Assembly: GCA_045532035.1 (NCBI GenBank)
Contig: JAZSFD010000107.1
Span: 383-64,382, forward strand
DNA: 64,000 nucleotides
Direction of reading: 5' to 3'
Source: Eubacteriales bacterium
GTDB lineage: Bacteria > Bacillota > Clostridia > Oscillospirales > CAG-382
Shown here: positions 43,461-52,909 of the stretch, piece by piece
Numbering within the stretch: the stretch's first letter is position 1
Layout of the letters: each line of letters opens with the position of its first letter
Made by a program: the position numbers and the translations under genes
Notes under the pieces: generated by a model
Told to the model about the DNA's origin: nothing
The model's database searches: none
The model's input: the letters and a program-made list of their open reading frames with translations, nothing else

Positions 43461-45650
43461 TCAAAGGTTTTCGGCTTGTTTTATAAACTCGTTCTGTTCT
43501 TCAAAGGACAGCTCGTTGAAATACACATTCCATCCGCATCTGCGCACCTGAAGGTTGCGGTATTTTTCGGGCATTTTCTGTGCCAGACGCAAAATTTTCG
43601 GGTCAAAAGCGTTGATTTGGATGGCAAAGCCGCCCATTTTCATATATGCTTTGATGAGAGATGCTACGCTTTTTATGCCGTCTTCTCCCGAAAAAGCAGA
43701 ACTGTGAAGCATAAGGTCAAGAACCGTGCCGTTTGGAATGTCGCTATAATCGACAGATGTGACCGATCTTATAAGAGATGTGACGCCGCCCTTGTCGGTG
43801 GCGGTGACGGCACACATATTTTTAGACATCGGCTCCCCAAAATGCCGTCCGTCGGCAGAGGCGAGCAGTTTTTTTCCGAAAGAGAAAGCCCAGTCTATCG
43901 AAAAAGCACCCAGTCTGAACGAACCGCCACGGCAGTTTGGAACACCGTTTATGGTATCGGCGCAGTATTTCAGAATATCGGCGGCAATTCGGTCGGGAAG
44001 AGCATCTGCGTTTCCGTATTTCGGGTAGTTTTCAAAGAATTCAAGTCTCAGCTTTTCGTTGTCTTTCCAGTCGTTTTTGAGAATTTCAAAAAGCTGAGAA
44101 AGTGAAAGTCTTTTTTCTTCAAAAACCGCTTTTTTGATGGCGGCAAGCTCACCTGCAACAGTTGCAATGCCAAAGACATTTATCGATGTGTTATTGTATT
44201 TTGCACCGCTGTCATAGGCATCGCGAACACCATTTTCGGTGATGCATCCGCATAGCAGGGGAGTGAAGAAAGGCGCCGAATCAACCTCGGGATAAAATCT
44301 TTCAAAATCATAGCAGACCTTTACCGTAATGTCAGACAAATACGCGATCTGCTGTTTGACAACCGAGTAGAATTCATCAAAGCTTTTGATGTCTTCTATC
44401 GGCTTTGTCTTTGCACCGACCTGCTTTTTGATATTGAGGTCAAATCCCTGCGAGAAAACATATTCGACGGCTTTGGGCAGTATGATTCGACCTGCGCAGG
44501 TGGCGGCAATCTCTTTTCCTGCACACAAAGGCTCGTAACAGCCGACAGGAACATAATCTTTCGCATCCTCTTTGCTTGCGCCAAGCTTTATGAGAGCAGG
44601 TATTACAACATCATCGTTCAAAAAGAGGATGCTGTTCCGTCCGCGACATATGCATCTGACGGCAAATTCAAGTATTCTGTCGGGAAGATCGTCGTGCAGA
44701 CGAATCTGTATTTTCGGGTCGTTGATGTCAAGAGCATCATATTCCTCAAGCATTATCAGCGACAGCTCGTTTGATGCATCCTTGCCGTTTTCGTCAAGTC
44801 CGGAAAGGCAAAAGGGGGTGTTTGCCGTAAAACGCATGGTGTAATAGCGGTAAAAGCAGTGGGAGATAATATTGCGGATGTCCGCTTCGGAAAAGGTTCC
44901 TGTTTCAATATCGTTTTTGTAAAAAGGATAAAGCAGGCTGTCGAGAAGCCCGAGAGTGCGCGCGTTGTTTTCGGCGATAAGGGTTATTATCGAAAAAATC
45001 AGCATCTGAAGCTGAAGAGCCTCGTGAGTGTTGGCGGGGGAATTATTGCGGATGCTGACAAGAGAAGCATGAAGAAGAGCGGCGTTTTCGTTTTCGCCTT
45101 TGTGCTCTGCGGCAAGCGCGATATACCTGTCAATAAGCTTTTGCAAAGCCTTGTAGGAGATTACTATTGATTTAAGAACATAATGTTCACGGCTGCTGTC
45201 TTCATATTTTTCCATGTTTTTTTCGGCGTTTTTGATGATGCCGCCGATGCCGAGGTCAAAAAGAGTTTTGTAATCGGGACAGTTGTGACCGAAATCGGAA
45301 TCACCTGTGAAAGCACAGCTTTCATAGCCCAGAAGCTGCAATTCGGCAGATTCGGGGCAGTGGGCTCTCATATTTGCCCACAGCATCTCATATCTTACCT
45401 TGCCGGTGATGTTCCTGTTTTCAACGCCGTAGACAAAAAGCTCGTCGCGGCAGAAGAAGATGCGGGCGTTTGAAAGGATATGGTCGATGACATAAGCTCT
45501 GCCGAGAGCGACCGAGGTGTTCTTGTACTTTTCAAACAATTCTCTGCACTCTTTTTCGAGCACATCAAGCGGTGTGCCGTCTGTCAGAAAAGCTTCTTTT
45601 TCGGTATGCGCTTTTTTCAAAGCCGCCTTGTCAAAGATTGGTGAGAGCAT
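43461..45650 (-). CDS. Glycyl radical enzyme (PFL-like), 729 aa, unknown substrate
   Basis: Cys loop PVGCYEPLCAGKE and C-terminal glycyl loop LQVRRCGWNVYF. An activase lies downstream and an AraC gene is divergent upstream. Confidence 0.85.
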   Translation of the reverse strand: MLSPIFDKAALKKAHTEKEAFLTDGTPLDVLEKECRELFEKYKNTSVALGRAYVIDHILSNARIFFCRDELFVYGVENRNITGKVRYEMLWANMRAHCPESAELQLLGYESCAFTGDSDFGHNCPDYKTLFDLGIGGIIKNAEKNMEKYEDSSREHYVLKSIVISYKALQKLIDRYIALAAEHKGENENAALLHASLVSIRNNSPANTHEALQLQMLIFSIITLIAENNARTLGLLDSLLYPFYKNDIETGTFSEADIRNIISHCFYRYYTMRFTANTPFCLSGLDENGKDASNELSLIMLEEYDALDINDPKIQIRLHDDLPDRILEFAVRCICRGRNSILFLNDDVVIPALIKLGASKEDAKDYVPVGCYEPLCAGKEIAATCAGRIILPKAVEYVFSQGFDLNIKKQVGAKTKPIEDIKSFDEFYSVVKQQIAYLSDITVKVCYDFERFYPEVDSAPFFTPLLCGCITENGVRDAYDSGAKYNNTSINVFGIATVAGELAAIKKAVFEEKRLSLSQLFEILKNDWKDNEKLRLEFFENYPKYGNADALPDRIAADILKYCADTINGVPNCRGGSFRLGAFSIDWAFSFGKKLLASADGRHFGEPMSKNMCAVTATDKGGVTSLIRSVTSVDYSDIPNGTVLDLMLHSSAFSGEDGIKSVASLIKAYMKMGGFAIQINAFDPKILRLAQKMPEKYRNLQVRRCGWNVYFNELSFEEQNEFIKQAENL

Positions 45651-45742
45651 AGCCTTCCTCCTGCCTTTTTTTCAAGTATAACCCCAAGCGAAATGAAAAT
45701 CAATAGACAAAACGAAGCTTTTGCACTTTTCAAACATAAATA

Positions 45743-45771
45743 TTGACTTTTGACATCGCATCTGATAGAAT
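45743..45771 (+). promoter_or_regulatory. SigA-type promoter of the (frameshifted) AraC gene
   Basis: TTGACT (45743-45748), a 17-nt spacer, TAGAAT (45766-45771). ATG 45791 is preceded by GGCGGTG. Confidence 0.55.
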
Positions 45772-45790
45772 GAAAAAAGGCGGTGAAAAT

Positions 45791-46569
45791 ATGAAAGAGC
45801 TGACATCCCGGGAATATATTCTCGGCAATATCCATTGTGTTATCAAAAGCTTTATGTCCGAAGGACTTTATGACAACACCCACAAAGGCAGACATTCCGA
45901 ATGCCTTGTGCTGATAACCTCGGGAAATGCGGAGTATTGTTTTGACGGAAGAATTCTTGCGGTCGAAAAGGGGGATGTTATTTTTCTTCCGAAAAATTCA
46001 CGCTATACCATCAAGGTTTTTGCTGATTATAAGTTTATCTACACCGATTTTGACATCTGCTCCGAGGATTCGGGTGCCCTTTGCGCCGCAGTTTACAAGC
46101 CCGACCGCCAAAAAAACAGGAGACCTTCCGCAGACTTTTGTTTTATTGGACAAAAGGGGGAAGAAAAAAGCTTACAAAATCCCGAGAGGTTCTTTATTCG
46201 ATATATGAATTGATAATCGACACGGTTCTGTCCGAAAGCGAAAAGCAGCTTATTATCGAGCCTGCCCTTCAGCTTATTGTGCTTGAAAAAAACGATAAAA
46301 AGGTGACAGTTGAGCTTCTTGTCGATGCCTGCGGTATAAGCAGTGTGCATCTGAGACGGCTTTTTATGAAGCAATTTGGAATGCCGCCGATAAAATATAT
46401 CTCCCATCAAAAGATCGAGCGTGCAAAGGAGCTTTTGAAATACGACAGTTCAAGCATCACAGATATTTCTGAGATGCTGGGTTTTTCGGGCATATATTAT
46501 TTTTGCAAGTGCTTCAAAAGGGAAACCGGTCTTACCCCGGGTGAATACCGAAAGCTGTACAGCAAATGA
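45791..46569 (+). pseudogene. AraC-family regulator interrupted by a frameshift at an A7 tract
   Basis: The cupin half (..GRHSECLVLITSGNAEYCFDGRILAVEKGDVIFLPKN..) is in the frame of ORF 45743-46213. The linker and HTH half (..LYSIYELI.. ISSVHLRRLFMKQFGMPPIKYI .. ISEMLGFSGIYYFCKCFKRETGLTPGEYR) is in the frame of ORF 46081-46569. The two frames overlap around the A7 run at 46110-46116. Confidence 0.7.
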
Positions 46570-46662
46570 TTTCAGCCAAAAAACGCCTTTGTTTTCGGTT
46601 GACAGAGCGGTGAGAGTGTGATATAATAAATATAAATAACAGGTAATAACAGGAGATTAAAT

Positions 46663-47676
46663 ATGAAAATTTTACTTACAGGCGGCGCAGGCTTTATCGG
46701 CTCTCACACAGCCGTCGAGCTTTTGAATAAGGGCCATGAGGTGGTCATTGCCGACAATTTTTCCAACGCAAGTCCCGCCGTTGTCGAGCGCATCGAAAAG
46801 ATCACCGGCAAGAGCGTTAAGGTCTACAACATAGACATTTGCGATTCTACTCTTTGCGACGGTATGTTCAACGCCGAAAAGTTCGATTCGGTCATCCATT
46901 TCGCAGGCTATAAGGCGGTGGGCGAATCGTGCCAGCTTCCCTTGATGTACTATCGCAACAATATTGATTCCACCCTTACCCTTGTGGAGACTATGCTGAA
47001 ATATGGCGTCAACAACATCGTTTTCAGCTCGTCCGCCACAGTTTACGGAATTCCCGAAACAGTGCCGCTTGTTGAAGGTATGCCCACAGGCTGTACCAAC
47101 CCCTACGGCTGGACAAAATACATGAATGAGCGCATCCTCACAGATGCCGCAAGTGCAAACCCCAAGCTTTCCGTGGTGCTTCTGCGCTATTTCAACCCCA
47201 TCGGTGCTCATGAATCGGGACTTATCGGCGAAGCCCCCAACGGCATCCCCAACAACCTCATGCCCTATATTGCCCAGGTGGCTGTCGGCAAGCGCGAAAA
47301 GCTTTCGGTTTTCGGTGACGATTATCCCACCCATGACGGTACAGGAGTCCGTGATTATATCCATGTTGTTGATCTTGCCCGCGGTCATGTTGCCGCCATC
47401 GATTATGCGGCGAACAACAAGGGCACCGAGATCGTAAACCTCGGCACAGGCGTCGGATACAGCGTTCTTGATCTTGTGAAGTCATTTGAAAAGGTAAATG
47501 ATATCAAGATTCCTTATGTCATCGCCGAAAGACGTGCGGGGGATGTGGCTGAAATGTATGCCGACCCCAAAAAGGCAAAAGAGCTGCTTGGCTGGCAGGC
47601 CGAAAAGACCATTGACGATATGTGCCGCGACACCTGGAACTGGCAGAAAAACAATCCCAACGGCTACGATGAATAA
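46663..47676 (+). CDS. galE: UDP-glucose 4-epimerase
   Basis: [15 protein letters not shown] Rossmann motif, SSSATVYG, and the catalytic YGWTK (YxxxK). Length is 337 aa. Confidence 0.92.
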   Translation: MKILLTGGAGFIGSHTAVELLNKGHEVVIADNFSNASPAVVERIEKITGKSVKVYNIDICDSTLCDGMFNAEKFDSVIHFAGYKAVGESCQLPLMYYRNNIDSTLTLVETMLKYGVNNIVFSSSATVYGIPETVPLVEGMPTGCTNPYGWTKYMNERILTDAASANPKLSVVLLRYFNPIGAHESGLIGEAPNGIPNNLMPYIAQVAVGKREKLSVFGDDYPTHDGTGVRDYIHVVDLARGHVAAIDYAANNKGTEIVNLGTGVGYSVLDLVKSFEKVNDIKIPYVIAERRAGDVAEMYADPKKAKELLGWQAEKTIDDMCRDTWNWQKNNPNGYDE

Positions 47677-47681
47677 AAACG

Positions 47682-47717
47682 AAGAGGAACCCTGCGAGGG
47701 TTCCTCTTATGTTTTTG
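47682..47717. terminator. Bidirectional rho-independent terminator
   Basis: AAGAGGAACCC (47682-47692) pairs with GGGTTCCTCTT (47698-47708), an 11-bp stem, with T-runs on both strands. Confidence 0.8.
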
Positions 47718-47719
47718 TC

Positions 47720-49699
47720 TTAATTGAACTCGCATCGTCTTATGATGTGATCCTGAAAGGTCGTATCAAGCTCATTGAAATATCCGCTCCATCCCCAGAC
47801 TCTAACCACAAGATTAGGGTATTTTTCGGGGTGTGCTTTTGCATCAAGAAGCCTTTCGCGGTTGATGGAATTAAGTTGGAGCTGATGACCTCCCAGAAGA
47901 ACGAAATTTTTCACAAGCTGCGCAGTCTTTTTTATTCCGATATCGTTTCTTAATACCGAGTCATGGATCTCAAGGGTAAGGGGTCCGCCGTTGATGATAT
48001 TGGAAAGATCAAATTTTGTAAACGACTGTATAACCGATAATATTCCATCGGGTCTGACATCGAGGGAGGGGGAAAAGCTTGACGAATAAGGCTCTCCGCT
48101 TTTTCTTCCGTCGGCGGTAGCGGGGCATTTTTCGGCACTGTATATATATTCGTGCGCGCTTCCCGTTCCTGCCCTCCAGATTCCTCCGATATAGTTGGGC
48201 TTTCGGTTGATAGATTCCGAAAAAACACTCATCAGATCGCAGGCAATGTCATCAACATAGTCGTCATTATTTCCCATCTTGGGGCAGGCGCGAAGCTCGC
48301 CTCTTAGTTTTTCAAAGCCTTCAAAATCAGCATTAAGAGCATCAAGAAGTGATTTTTTTGTTATCTTTTTTTCGTCAAATACAAGCTTTTTGACTGCGGC
48401 AAGAGCATCGGCTGCGTTGGCAATTCCCGCACCGTGACATCCGTAATTCAGATACTTCGTTCCGCCCGACCAGTGCCCTGTCAGCGATTCGATGCAACCG
48501 TCCATGTAAACCGACAAAAGGGGATTGGCTCCGTCTCTGTCGTTCCTGCAGTTGTACATAAGCCTGTGGCACTCATCGGATATGGCCGTGCGAAGGTGTC
48601 CCATCAGCTCGTCAAAGCTTTCGCTTTTTTCAAGATGCCCACAGATAGCTTTGTTTACGATAAGCGGGAAATTCATTGTTTCGCGGTTGGGCGCTACGCC
48701 GTCGCAATTCGGAATGATAAACTCCCAACAGGCGGCGACGGTATAATTTATGGCATCCTCAGGGGCATAGCCGAGCTTTATAAGTCCCGGCACCACCACA
48801 TCATCGTTGCAGTATTGGGGAAAGCCAAGTCCTTGCTTTGTAAGAAGTGTCGCAAACTCATAAATCTCATCGGGCGTGTTTTTACCGACACGAAGATTGA
48901 TCTTGGGATCGATAAGGTTAAGCTCAAGGGAGGCTTTCATGCACATTTCCGAAAGCTCGTTGTATACGCTGAATCCGTCTTTGTCAAAGCCTCCGAGCAT
49001 CATGCTCTGCCCATTGTCTCCCTGCTGTATGCCGAAGTATGTGTCAGAATCAAAATTCAAGGAAATGAAGAAATTTTCGAGTGTTTCGAAAATCTCTTCC
49101 TTGCTGACACCTCGCTTGATATCTGCAAGATAATAGTCATACATATATTGATCGAAGCGTCCGAGTCCCAGATGGGATGCGGTTGTATATCTCAAGAAAT
49201 ATATGGAAAGCTTGATGAAAAGGCAGGCTTCATAAAAGCTTTCAGCGGGCTTATGGGGGATTTTCAAAAGAGCGTTGTATAGCTTTTCGTTGCTCGATTC
49301 TTTTGCCTGCATTCTCTGCTTGTCGCAGTATTCAATGCATCTTTCAAGCATTTTTATCATTGCATTTCCCAGCAGCTTTTTTTGGTCGCTGTCGGTTTTT
49401 GACATTTGCTCGTTTATCTGAGAAATGATTTTGTCAAAGCCTGCACTCATCACCCTTTTATAGTTTGGGGTGAGATTTCCCGAACCGTTAGGCAGTGCCG
49501 TATCTGTTGTGCGATTGAATCCAAAGATATCGCCGTCAAAAGCGATCGGCAGGTCTGCGGATATAAATCCGTCAAAAGCCTGCATTACATCTTCTGCCGT
49601 ATAGCAAAAATGATCTGTTGGGCAGGGAAAGTGCCGGCGGACTTTTCTGTATTCCTTTGAGTTCAGAAGCTCAAGAAGCTTTTTTATTCTGTCTGTCAT
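47720..49699 (-). CDS. Glycyl radical enzyme (PFL-like), short 659-aa form, unknown substrate
   Basis: Cys loop TVAACWEFIIPN and C-terminal glycyl loop LVVRVWGWSGYF. It begins 10 nt after its activase gene. Confidence 0.85.
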   Translation of the reverse strand: MTDRIKKLLELLNSKEYRKVRRHFPCPTDHFCYTAEDVMQAFDGFISADLPIAFDGDIFGFNRTTDTALPNGSGNLTPNYKRVMSAGFDKIISQINEQMSKTDSDQKKLLGNAMIKMLERCIEYCDKQRMQAKESSNEKLYNALLKIPHKPAESFYEACLFIKLSIYFLRYTTASHLGLGRFDQYMYDYYLADIKRGVSKEEIFETLENFFISLNFDSDTYFGIQQGDNGQSMMLGGFDKDGFSVYNELSEMCMKASLELNLIDPKINLRVGKNTPDEIYEFATLLTKQGLGFPQYCNDDVVVPGLIKLGYAPEDAINYTVAACWEFIIPNCDGVAPNRETMNFPLIVNKAICGHLEKSESFDELMGHLRTAISDECHRLMYNCRNDRDGANPLLSVYMDGCIESLTGHWSGGTKYLNYGCHGAGIANAADALAAVKKLVFDEKKITKKSLLDALNADFEGFEKLRGELRACPKMGNNDDYVDDIACDLMSVFSESINRKPNYIGGIWRAGTGSAHEYIYSAEKCPATADGRKSGEPYSSSFSPSLDVRPDGILSVIQSFTKFDLSNIINGGPLTLEIHDSVLRNDIGIKKTAQLVKNFVLLGGHQLQLNSINRERLLDAKAHPEKYPNLVVRVWGWSGYFNELDTTFQDHIIRRCEFN

Positions 49700-49708
49700 A
49701 TTGGCACC

Positions 49709-50563
49709 TCACAGTATTTTTGTTTCGACACCGGATTTTGAAAAAATATCCGTTCTCGGTGAAACTTCAATGCTTTCGTCAAAATCGGGAGAGTATTTCC
49801 GCCCTGTCATGGCATATTTTCCCCCTGCCATTTTGTTGTAGGGCAGAAGCTCTGCATATCGAACGCCGTGGCTGCAGAGCAGCTCTGCTATGCCCGAAAT
49901 ATTCTCTTTTGTGTCGGTAACGCCGGGAATAAGAGGAATACGGACGGTGAAATTCTTGCCGCTTTTTGCAAGAAGCGAAAAGTTTTTCAAAATGCCGCGA
50001 TTGGAAACACCGGTATATTTTATGTGTTCGTTTTCATCAAAAAGCTTCAGGTCAAACAGAAAATAATCGGCAAGGGTGATTGCTTTTTCAAAATTTTCAT
50101 ATGAGCAATAACCGCTTGTCTGTATGGCTGTGTGAAGCTTTCCTTTCAGATATGAAAGACACTCGAACAAAAAATCCGCTTGTAAAAAAGGCTCGCCTCC
50201 CGAAAAGGTGATGCCTCCGCCATTCTTTAGGATACGCTCGTTTTTCAGAAGCTTTCTGCAAAGTTCATCGCTTTCATATTCCTCTCCGCAAATACGCAGG
50301 AGATTTCGGGGACATTTTTCGATGCTTTCTTTGGTGTATCTCACTCTGCCGTCGATGATTTGGGCGTGCTTTTCACATTCACCGCACAAAAGACATCCGT
50401 TTGGAGAGCGAACGATCTCGGGTGCCTTTTTCTGCCCTTCGGGATTGTGACACCAACTGCAGCGCAAAGGACAGCCTTTGAGAAAAACGGTTGTCCTGAT
50501 TCCCGGTCCGTCATAGACCGAAAATTCTTCTGTCGAAAATACTGTGCCGATCATTCCAATCAC
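49709..50563 (-). CDS. Glycyl-radical enzyme activating enzyme (radical SAM)
   Basis: CPLRCSWCHNPE CX3CX2C motif, an auxiliary Cys cluster (CLLCGECEKH), and GGEPFLQ. Confidence 0.88.
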   Translation of the reverse strand: MIGMIGTVFSTEEFSVYDGPGIRTTVFLKGCPLRCSWCHNPEGQKKAPEIVRSPNGCLLCGECEKHAQIIDGRVRYTKESIEKCPRNLLRICGEEYESDELCRKLLKNERILKNGGGITFSGGEPFLQADFLFECLSYLKGKLHTAIQTSGYCSYENFEKAITLADYFLFDLKLFDENEHIKYTGVSNRGILKNFSLLAKSGKNFTVRIPLIPGVTDTKENISGIAELLCSHGVRYAELLPYNKMAGGKYAMTGRKYSPDFDESIEVSPRTDIFSKSGVETKIL

Positions 50564-50650
50564 TTCCTTTATCTTAATATATCAGACAGAAGTTGACAAA
50601 ACAAGAAATATATTATATAATTATAGACAAAAGTTAAGGTTGGTGGTATT

Positions 50651-51418
50651 TTGATAGAGCATCAGATAACAAATTCCTACGGCAATTATAACAACAACGC
50701 CTTTATTTATCAGAACCGCGGTTATCATCCGCATTTCCACGGGAACTATGAGCTGATATATGCCCTGCACGGTAACATTACGATTTCGATAAACGGAGTT
50801 TTTGATACCCTTTTTCAGGGGGAGATGATACTTGTTTCACCGTACACGGTTCATTCTCTTAAAGCCGAAGGGGAATCGCTTATGTGGGTTGGTGTTTTTT
50901 CGCAGGATTTTATTTCTGCATTTGCCGAGAAAAACAAAAACATCAGTTATTCAAAATTCAGATGTGACAAGGATGCCGAGGATATTCTGAAAAAATATCT
51001 TTTCACCGAAAAACGCCCCGAGCATTTTCTTCATATTTCCTGCCTCTATCTTGTCTGCAGCGAGTGCATAAAAAACGCGCATCCCGCCGATTCAAGAGGA
51101 GATAACGATTTCAGATATAAGGTCACTGACCATATCAGCAAAAACATTTCCGTCGAGCCTTCAATGCTCAGGACGGCAGAGCTTTTGGGGTACGAATATC
51201 ACTATTTTTCTTCGCTTTTCAACAACTGCTTCGGAATGAATTTTAAGGCTTTTGTTAACCTTTTTCGATTTGAAAAAGCCTGCAGACTTCTTTCGGACAA
51301 GAATTGTGACATAACAAATGTATGCTGCGAATGCGGATTCGGCAGCATCAGAAATTTCAACCGAGTTTTCAAAAGCTTCAGCGGTATAACTCCCGGCGAA
51401 TACAGAAAAAAGCAATAA
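50651..51418 (+). CDS. AraC-family regulator, divergent from the activase-GRE pair
   Basis: Cupin-like N-terminus (HPHFHGNYELIYALHGNITISING..GEMILVSPYTVHS) and AraC HTH (..CCECGFGSIRNFNRVFKSFSGITPGEYR). TTG start as listed in the ORF track. Confidence 0.8.
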   Translation: MIEHQITNSYGNYNNNAFIYQNRGYHPHFHGNYELIYALHGNITISINGVFDTLFQGEMILVSPYTVHSLKAEGESLMWVGVFSQDFISAFAEKNKNISYSKFRCDKDAEDILKKYLFTEKRPEHFLHISCLYLVCSECIKNAHPADSRGDNDFRYKVTDHISKNISVEPSMLRTAELLGYEYHYFSSLFNNCFGMNFKAFVNLFRFEKACRLLSDKNCDITNVCCECGFGSIRNFNRVFKSFSGITPGEYRKKQ

Positions 51419-51420
51419 AA

Positions 51421-51452
51421 AAGGCTTCGGAAAAATCCGATGCCTTTTTTGT
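51421..51452. terminator. Probable terminator
   Basis: AAGGCTTCGG pairs with CCGATGCCTT (one mismatch), followed by TTTTTTG. Confidence 0.45.
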
Positions 51453-51970
51453 CAATTATTCTCATACACTCCCGTGATCTCACAGACATACATCATGTGA
51501 TAATCCTTTGCGGGATAGTTTATGCCGATAAGTGTTTGGTCAACGAAGGATTTTTCGTCAAGATACTGACAGAAAAGCTTTTTGCCGACGATGGTAAGCT
51601 TTGCTTCCTCAAAGAAGACGGCACCGTCGAGAGCCTTTGCATGAAGACCTGCATCACTTATCTTGTCGCAATCTCTGCCCGATATTCTTCCGCATTTTGT
51701 CAGGGCATCTCGGAAAGATTCGTCAAAGAACGAAAGGGTGACAGTGTCTTGCGCATCGATGAATTCCTTTGTGAAGCGCTGGGGTCTGACAAAACAGAAG
51801 AAAACATTTTTGTTCCACAAAACACCGACTCCGCCCCAGCTTGCGGTCATTGTGTTGATCTTTTTGTCGGTGCGGTTTTCGTCGCAGGCGGAAATGAGCA
51901 TCCACTCTTTTCCGATCTTTGTGAAAGGATTAAAGGAAAGGTCTGATATCTCTTTTTTTGTAAGCTTCAT
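51452..51970 (-). CDS. Flavin reductase-like (split-barrel FMN-binding) family protein
   Basis: 172 aa. The NTMTASWGGVGVLWNKNVFFCFVRPQRFT motif is typical of this family. Confidence 0.6.
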   Translation of the reverse strand: MKLTKKEISDLSFNPFTKIGKEWMLISACDENRTDKKINTMTASWGGVGVLWNKNVFFCFVRPQRFTKEFIDAQDTVTLSFFDESFRDALTKCGRISGRDCDKISDAGLHAKALDGAVFFEEAKLTIVGKKLFCQYLDEKSFVDQTLIGINYPAKDYHMMYVCEITGVYENN

Positions 51971-52003
51971 ATGTTCACCTCGTTAAATCTTATGCTTTTT
52001 GTT

Positions 52004-52864
52004 TTATAAATAACACTTGATGGTGTCTTCTATCCAATAAGAATATTCGCAATCGGGTCTTTCGAGTGCTTTTAGCAGAAGATGGATGTCGCATCCGTCG
52101 GATGGATCATGCCAGATGTCGGCAAAGACAAAATCGAAATCGGACACCTTTTTGCTTTTTTGCTCGGCGGCAAAAAAGAGAGCATCAAATTCCACAAGCT
52201 TTATCTTGTCTTTGTTTTCAAACTGCGGAAGGATATGCTTTTCGAAAAGCTCAATGACATTTTTGTCCCTCTCGACTACAGTCACCGATTCCACATCGTT
52301 TTTGTTTGATGCCATGTATGCAAAATATCCGAGCCCAAGCCCATAAGTCAGCACTCTGCCGTGAGCATTCAGAATTGGTTTTTTCATGGTCTCGATCTCG
52401 TTTGGGGTAATGAGCATCCATTCTCTGCCATTTTCAAGGATGCACGGATAAAAAAACTCATCCTCAAAAAATCCCACCTGCGGAATGATCCTGCCGTCAG
52501 AAAGCTTTTTGAGATCGTCAAAAACGAAAAGCTCATAGGGCTTGTAGCTTTTTGTTTCGACCGTCCAGCTGCCGACCTCTTCAAAATCAAGCTGTATGTT
52601 TTTATAGTAAGGGTTGTTTTTGTAGCTTTCGGACGACAGCTTTTTGACTGTCTTCTGAAGATAATTCTGCATCATCTCGCGGTCGTCATAAAGGTCAAGG
52701 GCGCCTGCAAGCAGTATGCGGTATGCCTGCTCCTGCGTAAAATCGCAATCGTTGCACAGCTCTTTTACCATTTCTTCGCCTATTCCGTCGGGGCAGTTAT
52801 TTATGAAAAGTGACAGAGCCTGCAGAAGTTTTTCGTTTTTCTCGTATATTGTTTTGTCGGTCAT
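52004..52864 (-). CDS. Class I SAM-dependent methyltransferase / spermidine-synthase-like protein
   Basis: Motif I VLTYGLGLGYF, acidic motif II VTVVERD, and motif IV FVFADIW in the C-terminal half. The N-terminal ~130 aa are unassigned. Confidence 0.45.
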   Translation of the reverse strand: MTDKTIYEKNEKLLQALSLFINNCPDGIGEEMVKELCNDCDFTQEQAYRILLAGALDLYDDREMMQNYLQKTVKKLSSESYKNNPYYKNIQLDFEEVGSWTVETKSYKPYELFVFDDLKKLSDGRIIPQVGFFEDEFFYPCILENGREWMLITPNEIETMKKPILNAHGRVLTYGLGLGYFAYMASNKNDVESVTVVERDKNVIELFEKHILPQFENKDKIKLVEFDALFFAAEQKSKKVSDFDFVFADIWHDPSDGCDIHLLLKALERPDCEYSYWIEDTIKCYL

Positions 52865-52909
52865 AATTTGTTGTAATAAAGGCGCCCGCAGACCGAGCGC
52901 CTTTTTGTT

